Shown piece by piece: positions 27,189 through 41,316 of a stretch of DNA of 64,000 nucleotides. The notes beneath the pieces were generated by a model that worked only from the letters and a program-made list of their open reading frames with translations, did no database searches and was not told the origin of the DNA. How positions within the stretch are numbered: the first letter of the stretch is position 1; each line of letters opens with the position of its first letter. Position numbers and translations under genes: made by a program. The stretch comes from Trichoplax adhaerens (Eukaryota > Animalia > Placozoa), in NCBI RefSeq assembly GCF_000150275.1, contig NW_002060946.1:7732829-7796828 (forward strand), written 5' to 3'.

Positions 27189-28295
27189 TTAGCCGATAAG
27201 TCCATCTTTACCAACGCTTAATGTATTTGGGGACAGGTTAGGTTTGTATGACACAAATATTTTACGACGGTTATGGGAAAAAAATGTATTTGTAAATTGA
27301 GCAAGAATATTTATGCATCGACGGTGAATGTTCTTATCAAACTTCATCAGTAGCATTGGATTTGCAATAGAAGTACTAGCAGAACAAGAAACGGCAATAG
27401 TACATAGTACGAATAAAAAGGTATTTTTTTTTTCTACATCTTCGATACCAACACCCGAGATTGCTAGCGCTAAGGCCATAACTAAAAAAGGCCAAGACAT
27501 GATAGCAAATGCTGCTGTAACAATCACTAATGTTTTAATTAATGCTTTGCGTTCCATCTGCGTTAAGAATTTTCCTTGAAAACTATTTGAAGTGGTATTT
27601 TTCGCTAGGGATCGTCGACGAATGCCTTTTATCCAATAATGATAGATTTTTACATATAATACAACCATAGTAATTATGGGAATTAGATACAATAACAATG
27701 TAAGCAATAAAAAATAGATAACACTGATTACGCCGCGATAGATTATTCCACAAGTACTATCCGTTCCTGATATGGCCCCAGTGACGATTGCGAAAGGAAG
27801 TGCGCCCATAATACTAATAATCCAAATAAGGACGATAACTGATTTAATAACAGATAATTTCTTGTTTCGAGATGGAAACAGAAAAGGTTTGAGAATGGAT
27901 AGATATCGATCGATGCTTATAATTGTTAAACTTAACACTGAAGCCATGTATGATATTCCAGTACCTACCGATAATGCTCGACAAATAACGTCTAAACTGA
28001 AAAATGATATCGTAAAGCACGAAACGATGGAAAAGGCAATAAATAAAGACGCCGTCATAATATCACAGGTTACCATATTGCCGATGAGATAATATGTCGG
28101 TGATTTTGACCATTCTTTGCTTGAAAATATCGAATGAATTATAAGTACATTTAATATTAACGAAATTAAGGCTGGAAAGGCAAAAGAGATTTGTGCTATT
28201 CTAAGAAACCGAAATACAGTCTCGTTGTACGTATTAAAATCATTATCAAGGCCTTCAGTAGTCTGATTAAACGTAGAGTGATGTGATATGGTCAT
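27189..28295 (-). CDS. Intronless class A GPCR, 368 aa, paralog of 10274-11329
   Basis: SKSPTYYLIGNM, ICR, SYMASVLSL, SIDRYLSILKP, SWPF, NPMLL, FDKNI; N-terminal sequons NQT and NET. Confidence 0.95.
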   Translation of the reverse strand: MTISHHSTFNQTTEGLDNDFNTYNETVFRFLRIAQISFAFPALISLILNVLIIHSIFSSKEWSKSPTYYLIGNMVTCDIMTASLFIAFSIVSCFTISFFSLDVICRALSVGTGISYMASVLSLTIISIDRYLSILKPFLFPSRNKKLSVIKSVIVLIWIISIMGALPFAIVTGAISGTDSTCGIIYRGVISVIYFLLLTLLLYLIPIITMVVLYVKIYHYWIKGIRRRSLAKNTTSNSFQGKFLTQMERKALIKTLVIVTAAFAIMSWPFLVMALALAISGVGIEDVEKKNTFLFVLCTIAVSCSASTSIANPMLLMKFDKNIHRRCINILAQFTNTFFSHNRRKIFVSYKPNLSPNTLSVGKDGLIG

Positions 28296-28961
28296 GGCTA
28301 TTCAGTTAGTTATGTCAAACAGACTGAAAATAATCTTAATAAATATTGCTTTGCCTAAATTAAATGGGATAATTCATGAAACTAAACTATTGAGTTAGTT
28401 TTAATTAGATGCACCTCTATTGTGAAATTTTAATATTGGTTGGGCGGGTACGTGCTTTAAGTATTTTAAAAATGTTGACAAGTGACGTAAATGCGTTTGA
28501 AGTAAGTTTTTAGATTTATAGCTCTTATACAAAGGTCTAATTAGAATATTCTATTCATGTATAAGTCAGATAAATAGATCATTACCGGTAGCTAAGATGA
28601 TTTTAATATCTGTAGCGCAATCATTGTTAGTGCAAGCCAATATTTATGTGTTCGTGATATCGTATAGCATGCTTATAATTCATTAATTAATAACATATAT
28701 TACATTTCAAGTAATAGCTTTACAGATTTTATAAGCCTGATTAGAATTAAAAAAAAATATTATGATTCAGCTATTATATGCTGAATTCATTTCTCGGATA
28801 TCACACCCGATAAGTTCCTGTTTTTTATTTTGCAAACAGTTAGTTTCAACTCAATTCTCCGAAATAACCATTGAAGTGATTATTACGTAGCTAAAATGAT
28901 AATTTTAGACATATAAATGGCAGCTTTCAAGGCATTATTGAATAGAATACCAATTCATTAA

Positions 28962-29510
28962 TGTGATAAAATCCGATCACGAAAATTCCAAAGTTGTAGA
29001 AAATTAGAACTTAATTAGATCTAATACAAAAGACAATGTATACACAGCTCTACTCTAGCCGAATACTACTACTGAAAAACTTCTAGAAGAACAATCAGAT
29101 AATCTAATGTCTCCTGCTTTTATACTCTCCTCAGCTTTAGCAGCTACAATCAGCATAGCAGCATTCTACCATATTTTACACATATTCAGCTTATTATTAG
29201 TTACAATATTTTACAGCAAAGTCTAATTAATCCAATATGGAAAAGATTACAGTATTTTTCTAGACATACATTGTTCCTACCACTAAAAGCAGAATGAACT
29301 AAGCATATCCTAATATATGATTTGCAATTCTATTTCTACCTCTAACCTTATTAGTAACTCAAAATATTACTGTATATAGCCCATCTATAGTCAAGCATAG
29401 AGTTTATTCTTACAGTCTATAATTATGGCTACTAAATATATATCTTGAGATATATATAGAAAAGACACTGCCGTGCTTCGTAATAAGCACGGCTAATAGC
29501 CTACAAGCAA
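28962..29510 (-). mobile_element. Solo LTR (family C), older copy, far end decayed
   Basis: Reverse complement of 39459-40021: TGTGATA..CCGATCACGAAA.TTCCAAA, CAGCTCTA.TCTAGCCGAATACTACTACT, CCTTATTAGTAACTCAA, AGCATAGAGT..., TTATGGCTAC. Confidence 0.8.
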
Positions 29511-30901
29511 TTGAAAAATTTTTAAGAGAAGTCCTGTTTGAAATACTTTAGATAAGTTGTCATGCTGCCATTGGGCACTCATCTAAACATGATTGTTCCA
29601 CGTAGCCTTAGCTCTGGATATTAATTAATTTAGATAAATTAAGAATATGCAGCTAGGTTTTATTGTTGGTTTTTGTAATAATTTCAGCTAATAACAGTAC
29701 TTATGTGTTAGGAAGTACAGTGATAGTACGCGATGTAGAAATGCATATCTTAATAAAGTAAGTCTTAATTAAGGCTTGTGTGATAAAATGGCTCCATTAT
29801 GCCTGTACTATGTACTATAGAACGATACAGGTGATAGTCATACTGATTATTGTTACTAAGAAATATACTGATACGATTGATGACTCATATGTAGAGGAGT
29901 ATTTAATTGTAATTTATATAAGTCGTATAGAATTGTTATCGTAGAGGCTAGCCGATAAGAATAATTGGCTTTAATTGCCAGTAAGTATTACAGTATTTAC
30001 TTTTATTACTTATTGTTCAAGTCAATCATCCGGTTTCTTTCACGCACTTTCAACTGTTCTTATAAGGGGAAAAATTTTAATTTCTTAACCAATAGATGGG
30101 TACAATAAACGCTAACAATATGGTGTTGACTGTTTGTAACACGCTAGAGATTTTGCTCTACTTTAATAATGCAGAATTTTGAGTTACCGTATGGCAAACC
30201 TAGGGTTAAACAAGCCATGAACTGCAGTTTTAGACAATTGCTCGCATTTAGTAATAAATTTTATTTCTCTGCTTTGCTATTGATTAGTTTTATTGTCCAA
30301 TTAGACGACGCATAATAAAATACAGCAGTATTATAAAGAAAGGTTAGAATAACAGAGTTTTACATCGGATTTCAGATTATGAAATTTTATTTAACCATGT
30401 CATTATGCATTCTTTTATATGTATTGCTTTAAAAAAATAATTTCCTTTGCTAAATAGACGGCTTAATGAAGCAAAATCAGTTCTTATATACCAAACCGGT
30501 ATGTAATACGATATACTCAAGCATTCCAGATAAAATTAGTGATTGAAATGAACACCTAGTTTTGCTACATTATTTAGTGTTACTATGAAAGTATGAATTA
30601 TTTTATTCAGGTAATAAGTCATATGTCAAAAACAATTGCCATCTATTATTAGGAATCGTCAATATAATACCAATAATGGGATAGAGTTTGGAAATTTTCC
30701 AATTATTTTAACTAATAGTTGATTATATGCGAATGGAAAAAATTAAAATCCTCAGCTACAGGTCTTATTTCGAAATTGTACTTCTCAATATTAAGTACTT
30801 TCAGCCCTAATAATATCAGTTTTTTATTCTTGTATTTTACCTTCGTGATTAATTTTCTGAATACCGGGCTACATTAGTAAATTTATTGTTAAACATAGTT
30901 T

Positions 30902-31530
30902 TGCTGTAAAATAGCTTTGCAATAAGAGAAGGTAATGTACGATCATAAAGTCGATTCCCTGAACCACATATCAGGGAGCAATGTTTACTCTTTCAGGAAC
31001 ACTTTTCCTATACTAGTAGACTACAAACAGACTTGCACATCTCGTATCTTACGTTAAACACTAATCTTAAAAAACTATCTTTATTATACGATATATCGCA
31101 TTTATATATACTCTTTTACAACAGCAAAGACATCTTAGTTAGCAATACTAATGTTGAAACCTGCTAATGAATCAAAAGCTAATTTATCTACTGCTATCTA
31201 ATGAAGAAAACAGTATTTGTGAAGATAGAAATCAAATGACTAATACAAAATTGTCAGATTATAATATGTCCTATTACGGAACATTTCTGCGATAATCTAC
31301 AATCTACCATAAGTAAGTTACAAGCACTGTGATTTAAATTGTAAGAAGATTATTCTCGATTCGCTAATTAAACTACTAATTTTCAGTAGGCTGTATCTAT
31401 ATATAACAGCATAAAAGCTATTGTCATACTTAAAAATCACGTATCTAAATTAGAAACTCTTTAAATAAGGAAAAATCAACAAAATTATCGTAATTTAGAT
31501 ATTTCTACTCTAATTTAGATATTATAGTTT
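30902..31530 (-). mobile_element. Solo LTR (family A), older diverged copy
   Basis: Colinear with 6230-6860 (AGCTTTGCAA.AAGA, TTACGTTAAACACTAA, GTCAGATTA..ATATGTCCTAT.ACGGAACATTTC, CTACCATAAGTAA.TTACAA); termini and TSD eroded, so boundaries are approximate. Confidence 0.8.
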
Positions 31531-34500
31531 ATAGAGCTGTAAAAAGTTTGGAAATACTTTGATTAAAAAATTCGTCATTAACTCATGCTTAATTGTATCT
31601 AAGTATCAGTTTTGCTAAAAATACTACAATAAACGAGAATGTATATTAGAACCATCATTGCAATCATCTATTCTACGCAAATACTTTGCAAAAGATCGTG
31701 ATGGAGTCATGTTGTCAGTTGTAATAGAGAGCTGATACCATCATAATCTATTACAAGATTTAATTTACATTGATTGGATGTAATTTAAAAAGTGCCATAT
31801 ACCAAAGATAATGGCGAAAATTATAGAAATGTATAATTTTCATTTAATTATCTTGACTTCTTAATTTTTGAAAACATTCCACTGACTGTGAGTATGTTTC
31901 CTGTTTGATTTGTAGAATTAATTGAAATAAATAGTTCGATTAAATCTTACAAAAGAGTGGTTAACATAAATATTTCTTACTTGGTAAGTAATATTAAAAA
32001 TTGTAATTATTTTTTTTAGCTTCATGTAGAATAGATATTGCGTTCACCATCAGCATAAAATTTTGAAATGACTCTAAAAGTTTAATTTTAAAAAAATAAA
32101 ATTGAATTTCTGTGATAAGGAATTCTAATGCTAACCAGGAACTACAATAAGAGATAGAATTATCTATTAAAAGGATTTTTACGTTAGATAAGAATTCTTA
32201 TCAAGGATCTGATACGTAGTGATTGGAGCAATATCGAAAATCCGAGATATTAAATATTTAAATCAGCTAAGTTATAATTTATTGCATACTGATGAAGGTG
32301 GAAATGGCATGAATGACCCTTCTGCAGATGTTTCGTTTTCCTTTTGTGTTAGATTACAAAGTTTTCACACATTGTAGTGACAATATCCATCATTTTTTGT
32401 ATGCCACCTATGTATTAAAACTTAAGATAGTAAGCACATATAAATTTATATAGAATACCGTTGAACCTATAAAGTCACAGCATCAGCTTATCTATTTCTA
32501 TATAACTAAGTTAAGGTATTAAGTTACGGCTAAATAAAATTATAGCTAGTCTAATTGGCGACGTATTATTTTTTTCTAGTTTCTTATGGATGAAAAGATC
32601 GCTATTTTTTATGTTATCCAACAGAGAACATACTGAAGAAATGTAGCTAGTGGCAGGATGGCTTGCCTTAGCTGATATACGTATCTCGAATTGTAGACTC
32701 ATAATGTTAAGAAATCTGAAAAATCATGCAAATATTAGCATAGTCTGCTAGCCCACTCATCAAAGTCTTAAACTATAATGTAATCAATGTATGCGTAATG
32801 ATGTTCTATTCTAGTACGGGACGTATATAAGCTTTACCGCAGCAGCAGAGAGCACTGTACGAGTATTACCGAAGTTGCAAATATAGTTTATTGGACATGA
32901 AATTCGTTGAAGATAGTACTAGCTGACATCCTATTTGTATACGAGCAGATTCGTGCTTTAAAGTCGTAAGCAAAGAATTAATTTCTGGTACAGTTCCTTC
33001 ATGAGCCACTTTATTGAAATTTTAGACTTAATAAATTGAGAAAAGTAGAAAACGATGATATCGAAATTTTAATGCAGTACTTATCTACTTCGAAGGTATT
33101 TTTTACTTCAGTATCTTTCCTATTTAATACATTTGATTAAGTGAGACCCTTAAAGCAGACTAAGCTAATTCGTCGAACGATCAAATGATACACCACTAAG
33201 TATCAGATCAATTGTGATGTACGGCTAAATTAAATAGATTGATTCTAAAGTATTTCTATATCTTCCCCTTCTATGACTAAGGGTAATTAAAAGCCGGACA
33301 TTGAGGTTTTTTATATGTATGATGATACTTTTAAGATTAATTTAGATTTTAAATTCTATATTTTTATTGCTAGGTACATATAAGTGAGAAGAATTCTAGG
33401 ATCGAAGTTGCGCTTAGTCTGACATATGCCTACATCAAAAACTTGGTAATTCTTTTCTTAAAAATTTTACATAAAAATGACTTAATTTAAACTTACCGCT
33501 AAGAATTGATTGTGACATTTTAAAGCATGCTTACAATTTTCTATCTGAATTCACTATATAATAATTGACTAAAATAGTATAGCACCGTCAAAATTATTCC
33601 TATTCTCTGTTTAAGCATTGGAAAATTAGTAATCCTTATTTCAACGCAATATAGGATAGGGTAGAAATACTAGAGGCATAAAATCAAAATCCTTTAATAT
33701 CTAATTTTAAAATATTGTGAAACGTATGCAGCATAAAGTAATTTGTCCATTTTATAAATTTGAATAATTTAGAAAGGCAATTTTATGTTCGGATCTACTC
33801 CTTCTGATGTTAAGATTTAATTTTATATGTTAACGAAACTATGGATAGCTAGATAGCATTCTATGCATACATAATAAATAGCAAAGACATTATACTCAAA
33901 AACTAGCTATTCATACATCAAGTTGATACATTTTAAAGTATTCAGATATTATCATGTGACTTATACATGAAAACTGGCATTCTTTCGAAATAAGCTGACC
34001 ATTATACGACAATTCATTGGACGATGTAAAACTTATACTAGCTATTTGACCTTTAAACCTTCATCATAAATCAGCAAGCCTAAATTTTAAATATGATTAC
34101 CGGTAATTAAGCATCATACTAATTAGAAAGTGACTTTAAACGGGATTAGAATTATTTCGATTGAAATCAAATGATCATTAATACTGATTTATTCCTTTGT
34201 AGTACCTCTAAATTTGCTACTCAAATCTGAGGTAGACCTAAAAAATTATAACAACGGCCCTACCTGTAAGATGATTCTTGCAGCAAAACGCTATTTTCTA
34301 CTTATTACGGCTATAATTTAAACAAAATAAAAAATAAAGTTTTACAGAAATATCTTACTTCGATACATATGATCAATTCATAATGATATAAGCATCAATT
34401 GTAGGTGATAACAAGAGGGTCTATGTTGAACTTTATACAAATTTGATAATTCTACGGCCAATTTATTACTTCCATTTCATTTACGAATTTAAATCATTGC

Positions 34501-34917
34501 CTTCAATATAAAATAATTATCGGTCTTCAAATTTCTAGCGCTTTTCTAAGATAGTCTATGCCGTGTATTTAGTTCGTGTCGTTAGCCATATGGATTGGCG
34601 TGCATTTTCCAGGTTTGATAGATAATTACAATTTTGAAACTAGTTATCTTAAAACGTACTAATTAGACGTTCCATCTGTAAATCTTTTATTAAACCTACT
34701 GATATTGCAATTCAATATGTATCGACAAGAAAATAAACTAATTCACAGATTATAATCTTTATAACTAATTATTTCAAGTTACTTTCGTATATGTTTATAA
34801 ATCAAAACTTTAAAAAATTTTTATCTCAAAAATGAAAGTCTATTTTTGTTTGCCGACATAAATAATATTATTATGCAATACGAACCAGTATAAATGTAAA
34901 GGTAGCTTTTGGTTAGT

Positions 34918-35988
34918 CTAAGTAGAAAGCTTAGTTGCAGGCTTCACTGTGTTATTTTTGGCACGATTAAAACTACTAGTGCCATTATCTCGTAGCGTGG
35001 GGTTACTGCCATGTCTTTTCGTTATCAATGGTATTGATATTCGAGTACCAATGTTCTTGTCTATGCAAATCAATAGGATTGGGTTCACCACAGATGTCAT
35101 GACTGTACTGGAGGCAGCAAATGCAGCAAGGAGGAACAGAAATATGTTAGTTCTCAATAAATCTCGAATATCAATTCCAGTAACAGCCGTTCCTGATGCC
35201 ATTGCAAAGAAAGGCCATGTCATCAATCCAAAAGCGCCAGTAATTGTGATAAGAGTTTTAACTAGATCCTTTCTTTTAGAATTATTTAAAAAAGTCATAT
35301 TTCCACTCGAAGAAATGTCTGAATGCGAAATAGTATTCATACGTGATCTTCTAACTAAATAGCGATAAATTTTAAAATATAGTATTAACATCGCAACTAG
35401 TGGAACTACATATAGCAGTGACGTGATGGAGAAGAAATAAATCAGATTAGACATTCCGCGATTAAGTATAGCACAAGATTTGTCTTCTTCTGATATAACA
35501 CCAGTTACATATACTAATGGTATAGAGAATGTAATACTAATCAACCAAATCAACACTATAACCCTCTTACTGATGATTAACTTTTTAGATTGATAACGTG
35601 TTGATAAAGATTTTACTATAGTTTGATATCGATCGACACTAATGGCTACTAAACTCAAAATAGAAGCCATATATGTTACACCAGTAACATAGGACAAAGT
35701 ACGACAAATTATATCGGCTATAACATAAGGTAAAGGAAATGAAGATATAAACGGTAATACAGTAAATATGATCCCCGTAGCCAGATCGGAAAATACCATA
35801 TTAGCAATGTAGCGGTACGTCGATGATCTTAGTAAGTCTTTGCTTTGAAAGATACTTCGAATGATACAAACATTTAATACCAAAGCTACGATGGCAGGCA
35901 ATACGAAAAGCCGTTGGACAATTTGAAAGATTTGAAATGTTGAGGAAATATTAGGAGCAAGAGTTTCATTTATAGTCACCAACTGCAC
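34918..35988 (-). CDS. Intronless class A GPCR, open for 356 codons but with no in-frame upstream ATG (start lesion, non-AUG start or upstream exon)
   Basis: Closest to 10274-11329 (ADIICR, MASIL.LVAIS.DRY, MTWPFFAMASG.AVTGIDIRDL, AASSTVMTSVVNPILL). The frame begins GTG preceded by an in-frame TGA; the ATG at 35992-35990 is out of frame. Confidence 0.8.
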   Translation of the reverse strand: MQLVTINETLAPNISSTFQIFQIVQRLFVLPAIVALVLNVCIIRSIFQSKDLLRSSTYRYIANMVFSDLATGIIFTVLPFISSFPLPYVIADIICRTLSYVTGVTYMASILSLVAISVDRYQTIVKSLSTRYQSKKLIISKRVIVLIWLISITFSIPLVYVTGVISEEDKSCAILNRGMSNLIYFFSITSLLYVVPLVAMLILYFKIYRYLVRRSRMNTISHSDISSSGNMTFLNNSKRKDLVKTLITITGAFGLMTWPFFAMASGTAVTGIDIRDLLRTNIFLFLLAAFAASSTVMTSVVNPILLICIDKNIGTRISIPLITKRHGSNPTLRDNGTSSFNRAKNNTVKPATKLST

Positions 35989-36481
35989 TCATGGTAATTC
36001 GTTTGATAAATGAAATTGTGAAAATTAAAAAAATTGGCAGATTACACGGTCATCACATATTAGAAATTATCAGTTTCTAATTTACATAAAAATTCATATT
36101 AGGTAGTATGGGCTCATTTACGAATGGAATGATTTAGAACTCGCTATTACTTTAAGCACTTCTTTTTTGAATTTACACATTGTTTCAAGTAATGAGTAGC
36201 TTTGTCTGCTCTAGTTACTATTACAATACTTTTATGATAACAGTGCAATCAAAATTTTCTTTTGTAATCAAGGTAAATATGCAACTACAAAAACTATTTG
36301 ACCTCTATACTCTGCTGTACTTTTGTGCCAAAATTACAAAATGATCAAAGGCTTTCCTGCCTTAGGAATACTTCGCCTTAAGGGATAGCATACCATTTAA
36401 TCAATCGGGCGCCAAGGAAATTACCTGTTAAAAATATCTCTTACAAAACAAAATAACAAAAGGGAATATAAATAAGTGGGT

Positions 36482-37109
36482 TGTCACAAAACAGCTTTGC
36501 AACAAGATAACGTAATGTTCGATCAATAAATCAATTCCTTGAACTACGTATCAAGGAACGATATCTGCACAATCAGAAACACTTTTGCTCTACTAGCAGA
36601 CTACATAAAAACTTAGATGCCTGGTATTTTACGTTAAACACTAACTTCAAGAATCCACTTTATTACACGATATACTGCATTTATATGCTCTTCCTAAATA
36701 GTTCATGAGTTATAGTTAGTACGATTAACTTTGGAATCATTCACTGAATTAGATATTAATTTTAGCTACTGCTTCCTTAATGCAGACAACATTATTTACG
36801 AACGTAGACATCTGGTGACTAATACAGAATAGTCAGATTATGATATGTTCTATCACGGAACATTTCCGCGACAATTTACAATCTACCATAGTAAGTTACA
36901 ATCACAACGATTCGAACTGTAAGTAGATGATTTGTATTCCCTATTATAACTATTAATTTCAGTATGTGTATATATATGTCACTGTCAAAAAAGTCAGTGC
37001 TATATTAAAACACAGTATATTCAAGTTAGAAATTAATTAAATAAGGATTGGCTAACAAAATTATCTTAACAGATATTTCTACTCTAATAAAGTATATAAC
37101 ACTGTTACA
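36482..37109 (-). mobile_element. Solo LTR (family A), 628 bp
   Basis: TGTCACA...TGTTACA; TSD TGGGT / TGGGC; high similarity to 6230-6860 throughout. Confidence 0.9.
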
Positions 37110-39458
37110 TGGGCGTTTACAATATAAAACATGTTTACAAAAACAATACCACAGGAGTGAAAAAGCAAAATTGCAATTATAGCATACGCTTTCATTAAAT
37201 TAGCGCTAAACATATGTGTCAGTAATTAAAATTCTGAATAACCATGTTTGCATTCGTAACATTTTAAAATAAAACAGCCGCAAACACTAACAATTAAATA
37301 TATCGCTGTTGGAATTGAATCGTAAATGATAAACTCTGATCGACACAGTATAAATGATTTCAGTATAGTTATCATGTATTTTTAAGAATTTTAAGCTGCG
37401 TAATGGATAATTTTAAGTGATACAAGATAATAATCATAGATTTTCAGTTGATAATATTATTGGAAAGTTCCGGACTATTAGTATAAGGAAGGCAAAGATA
37501 ACGTAATTATCCAAAGAAAATATAAAAGTTAAGCAAAGTAGTACACGCAATGGCCGAGTTAAATTGGCAATTATTCCAAGCATTCAAGCAGTCATTTCTA
37601 GATTATCAAAATGCTCAGAAATTCATAATTCATGATGCTTAATATCGATGACCACTTTAGTGAAATAACACCACCATCTAAACGTTATTTCTTAATTAGA
37701 TACTGGCACAAATTAACTTTAGGTGAAGGTAACGTCCTTAAGCTAAATTTTTGGACACCTGTCTATTACAAATATCTTACTAACCTGAATATCCTGTTTG
37801 GTGTGCGTGCTTGCATAGTGTATATAACTAGCCACTGTAAAAGAAGAAAATTTCGTTAGAATCTTTTTATTAACTATATTGCTTCAAATTAAATACGAGC
37901 CGTCTAACTTTAAACAATTACGATTCCGTTGCTATTTAACATTCATAGAAATTTCTTATTGAAAAAATTCTCTGCTAATTAAGCTATTACAAACTAAAAA
38001 TTTAATCATCTAATGACTTCCAACACAAAATAAAATTTGGTTCAATTTAACATAAAAGTAACGGCCTATCTAAAGTAGGGGAATATTTAAGGTGAAGGAT
38101 TACTCATGTAAACTTTATTAATTTTATCTTAAATTATCACTGAGTTATTTGATTCTATAACATTCTTTATTAGCTGTTAAGTTCATGCTGCATAAGATTA
38201 TATTAATCAAGTAACTTACTTAATCATAAAACTATTCTTACAATAAAACACCGAAATAGCTACATTAATTGGAATTTGAATCATATTGTACATTTGTTGG
38301 CAATCTGATCGAGCAAAGTTTTCAAGAAAGGAGAAAATCTCATTTAAAGAATAACTTTGCAGATTCTAATGCGGTCATTGACTTGATTATATTAATTTGA
38401 GTAAAACTCATTTTATTCGTTATTATTAATTGTTAGTAATGTATAACTATAAAAGGCAATCTATGATTTTTGCTTCATTCAATCTTATTTATTTTATTTT
38501 ATAATTCTTAAAATTTATAGTCTAACTTGTAGAATATTGACTAACGATAAAATTCATCATTCTATTAAATAATGAAGTTTCATTTCGCTGCTGAGCATCG
38601 CTTGTTAATATCATTTCGGAAAATCTAATGCTTAAAAAAGAACAATTGTTCACGTTCATAATTTTAATTGAACGCTTTAAAACAATTATTGAAGATCTCT
38701 TAAGCATAATTCACTAAAAATTTTGTCTGATGATGATATTTACGACGTTGATGTAAAAATGAATAAATATGGAAAATATATATGTATCGCAAGTTTACTT
38801 TGATATCAAGGTCATATTAAACCGATAGGTTTCAGAATAATTTCTATGTTTAACTATTACATGGATTTGTCATGATGCAATATGTTGGCTCAATAAAAGG
38901 CAAAATAATCAAGATAAAGTGGACATATACTTATAAGATAATAGTTAAAGAAAGGAATTAGAAATATTAATTACTTTTCGATACTTATGAAGACTAGAAT
39001 TTTGAAATTTGTAATGTCATCAGTGCAATTCAGAAGCCTATGATCTAAAGAATCTTTTGATTTACCTAAATTGTATGGTATTGGAGTATTAATAATAAAT
39101 TCGCTCTAGAACAAGGATAATAAAAGAAAACAATAGATATTAAGGAGCAGTAAAATACCCAAAAAATCGATATTACTGGAGGCTGATTAATTACTGTAAT
39201 TGTAAACAGTATGATCTTGTATCTGCAAAGTAGTGAGCAATTCTCAGCTAATCTCATCATCTGCAATTTTTATATTGGTTAATTAGAATTATTAGTACAT
39301 TATGACCGTGCATCAAATCCAGTAAATTTCCTGTGGCATGTCCAAAAATACCGTTGAAACGGCTCTATCCCTTCATAATACCTTTCCAAGTAAATTCCGC
39401 AAATTTTCACGAAATGAACTAAAATCTTAAGGAAATGAAAGAGTCTACTGTACATTAG

Positions 39459-40021
39459 AGTAATGTAACTTAGTATTGTGATTGTAGACTGTTATTCATG
39501 CTTAGTATAATGTACGGTAGCGTAACTTCTATATTTATCCTAAGATATATTTGGTAGCCATAACTGTAGACTGTAGAGGTATAGACTCTATGCTAGAGTA
39601 CAGATGACTATATACAGTAAAGTGTTGAGTTACTAATAAGGCAATAGGTAAAAAATAGAACCGTAAATCATATATTAGAATATGGTTAATTTATTATACT
39701 TTGGCTGGTGTGAATAATGTCTACGTAAATACTGTAGTCGTATCCATATCGGATTAGTGATGGTCCGCAGTAGAATGGTGTTACTAAGAATAATTTAACT
39801 ATGTGTAAAATAAGGTAAAAGAATGCCGTACGGATTGTAGCTACAAATACTACGAAAAGTATGAAAGCATGCAACTTTAGATTATTCAGTTAGTTCGTTG
39901 TAGAAGTCTTTAGTAGTAGTATTCGGCTAGACTAGAGCTGCGTGAAGTTAATCTTTGTATAAGATTCAATAAAGCTCTTATTTTTCTAAAGTTTGGAATT
40001 TCGTGATCGGTATATATCACA
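39459..40021 (+). mobile_element. Solo LTR (family C), 563 bp
   Basis: AGTAATGTAAC (first base T>A relative to the 61646 copy)...TATATCACA; perfect TSD ATTAG (39454-39458 / 40022-40026); AATAAA at 39968; colinear with 61646-62196. Confidence 0.9.
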
Positions 40022-41316
40022 ATTAGGTACAGATCATAATTGAAAGTGATTCTTTTCTTCAGTATTTCGATTAATAGTTTTCAATAGCTTGCTACATGAA
40101 TCGTAATCGGAAATTACATTTCCGCTATTGATAAACATCTCAAAATAGATTGAATAATTTTAATTTGTAGACACTTTCTTATTTCTGATCGCTAAATTGA
40201 AATTTTAATTATTAAATCAAATGGATTTTTATCAATTTTTTTATTGAAGTAATTGGAAAAGGCTACTTTATAGAAATTTTCGATAAAGATTTACTGCTGC
40301 TACCATGACCAGTTAAGAAAATAACTGCTAATAAGTGTTAGATCGTAGTTACAGCACGCCCACAAACTATCGTAGCATAACCTTTTCTTAATATCCTAAG
40401 ATGCATAGTTAAAATAAAATAATGAATGAAAGAAGCATCACCTTATAATCTATTACTAATCGTAGGGTATCAAGACATAAATTTAACATTCTATAAAATT
40501 ATCTATTAGCACAGACGTATTATAAAGTATAGTGGTTATTGCGTTTATGAATTTCCTCTATACAATTTCAATCTCCTCAACGAAGGCTCACATTTCGATT
40601 ATATTTCGGACCAAGCTTAGGATAAGAAATTGCCATAAAAGTACTGTTCAATTGGTGCAGTTTCGAAAGCAATCATTAGGTTTAGTGAAGCCTGAGATCT
40701 TTCTTAAGCTTAAGAACTCATATTAATAATGCATACCTCGATATTTAATAGTTATTCGGAGCACTTAATTTATTTCCGCTCAAAATTTTAACATCGAAGT
40801 CATCCCTTTATTATCCAATGATTATTTCTTACTCGCCAGTCTAATTGCCATTAAAATTGATATACTGGCAATTAATAGAACCATCTTAATTAAATTTGGA
40901 TTCACTTATAGTTCAGTTTTGATGATTAGATCTTAATAAGCAAATTTTTCGAATAAAGTAATGCATTCCTTTCAATTCTGCCTTAGGAGTTAAATTATCG
41001 CTAAAATCATCTAGTCTTCGTTGTGTAATCGGATTTCCAATCGAAAATCAGTCTGGCATTAATTACATTTTATATCTATTAAAGTTTTTTACTGACTCAG
41101 TAGGTCAGCAATATATTGATATTGATAATGCTTTCAAATAATAGTTAAAATTTTCTTCTATACAGATCAATAGAAGCTATAGTTTTACAATAGTAAATAA
41201 GTTCATTATGTATGGACAATAAGACTATTGCTGCACTACGTTGTTTAAGATGACAGAATTTATAGAAATCTTCTTGCTTACAATATGTCAGTGTTATGTC
41301 TTAGAAAATGCCATTA

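Noticed and set aside
6230-37109. Idea that co-oriented family A LTRs are the paired ends of one large element, or drove the GPCR duplications
   Set aside because: The two well-preserved copies each have their own different TSD, and the LTR copies are far more similar to each other than the GPCR paralogs are, so the insertions postdate the duplications.
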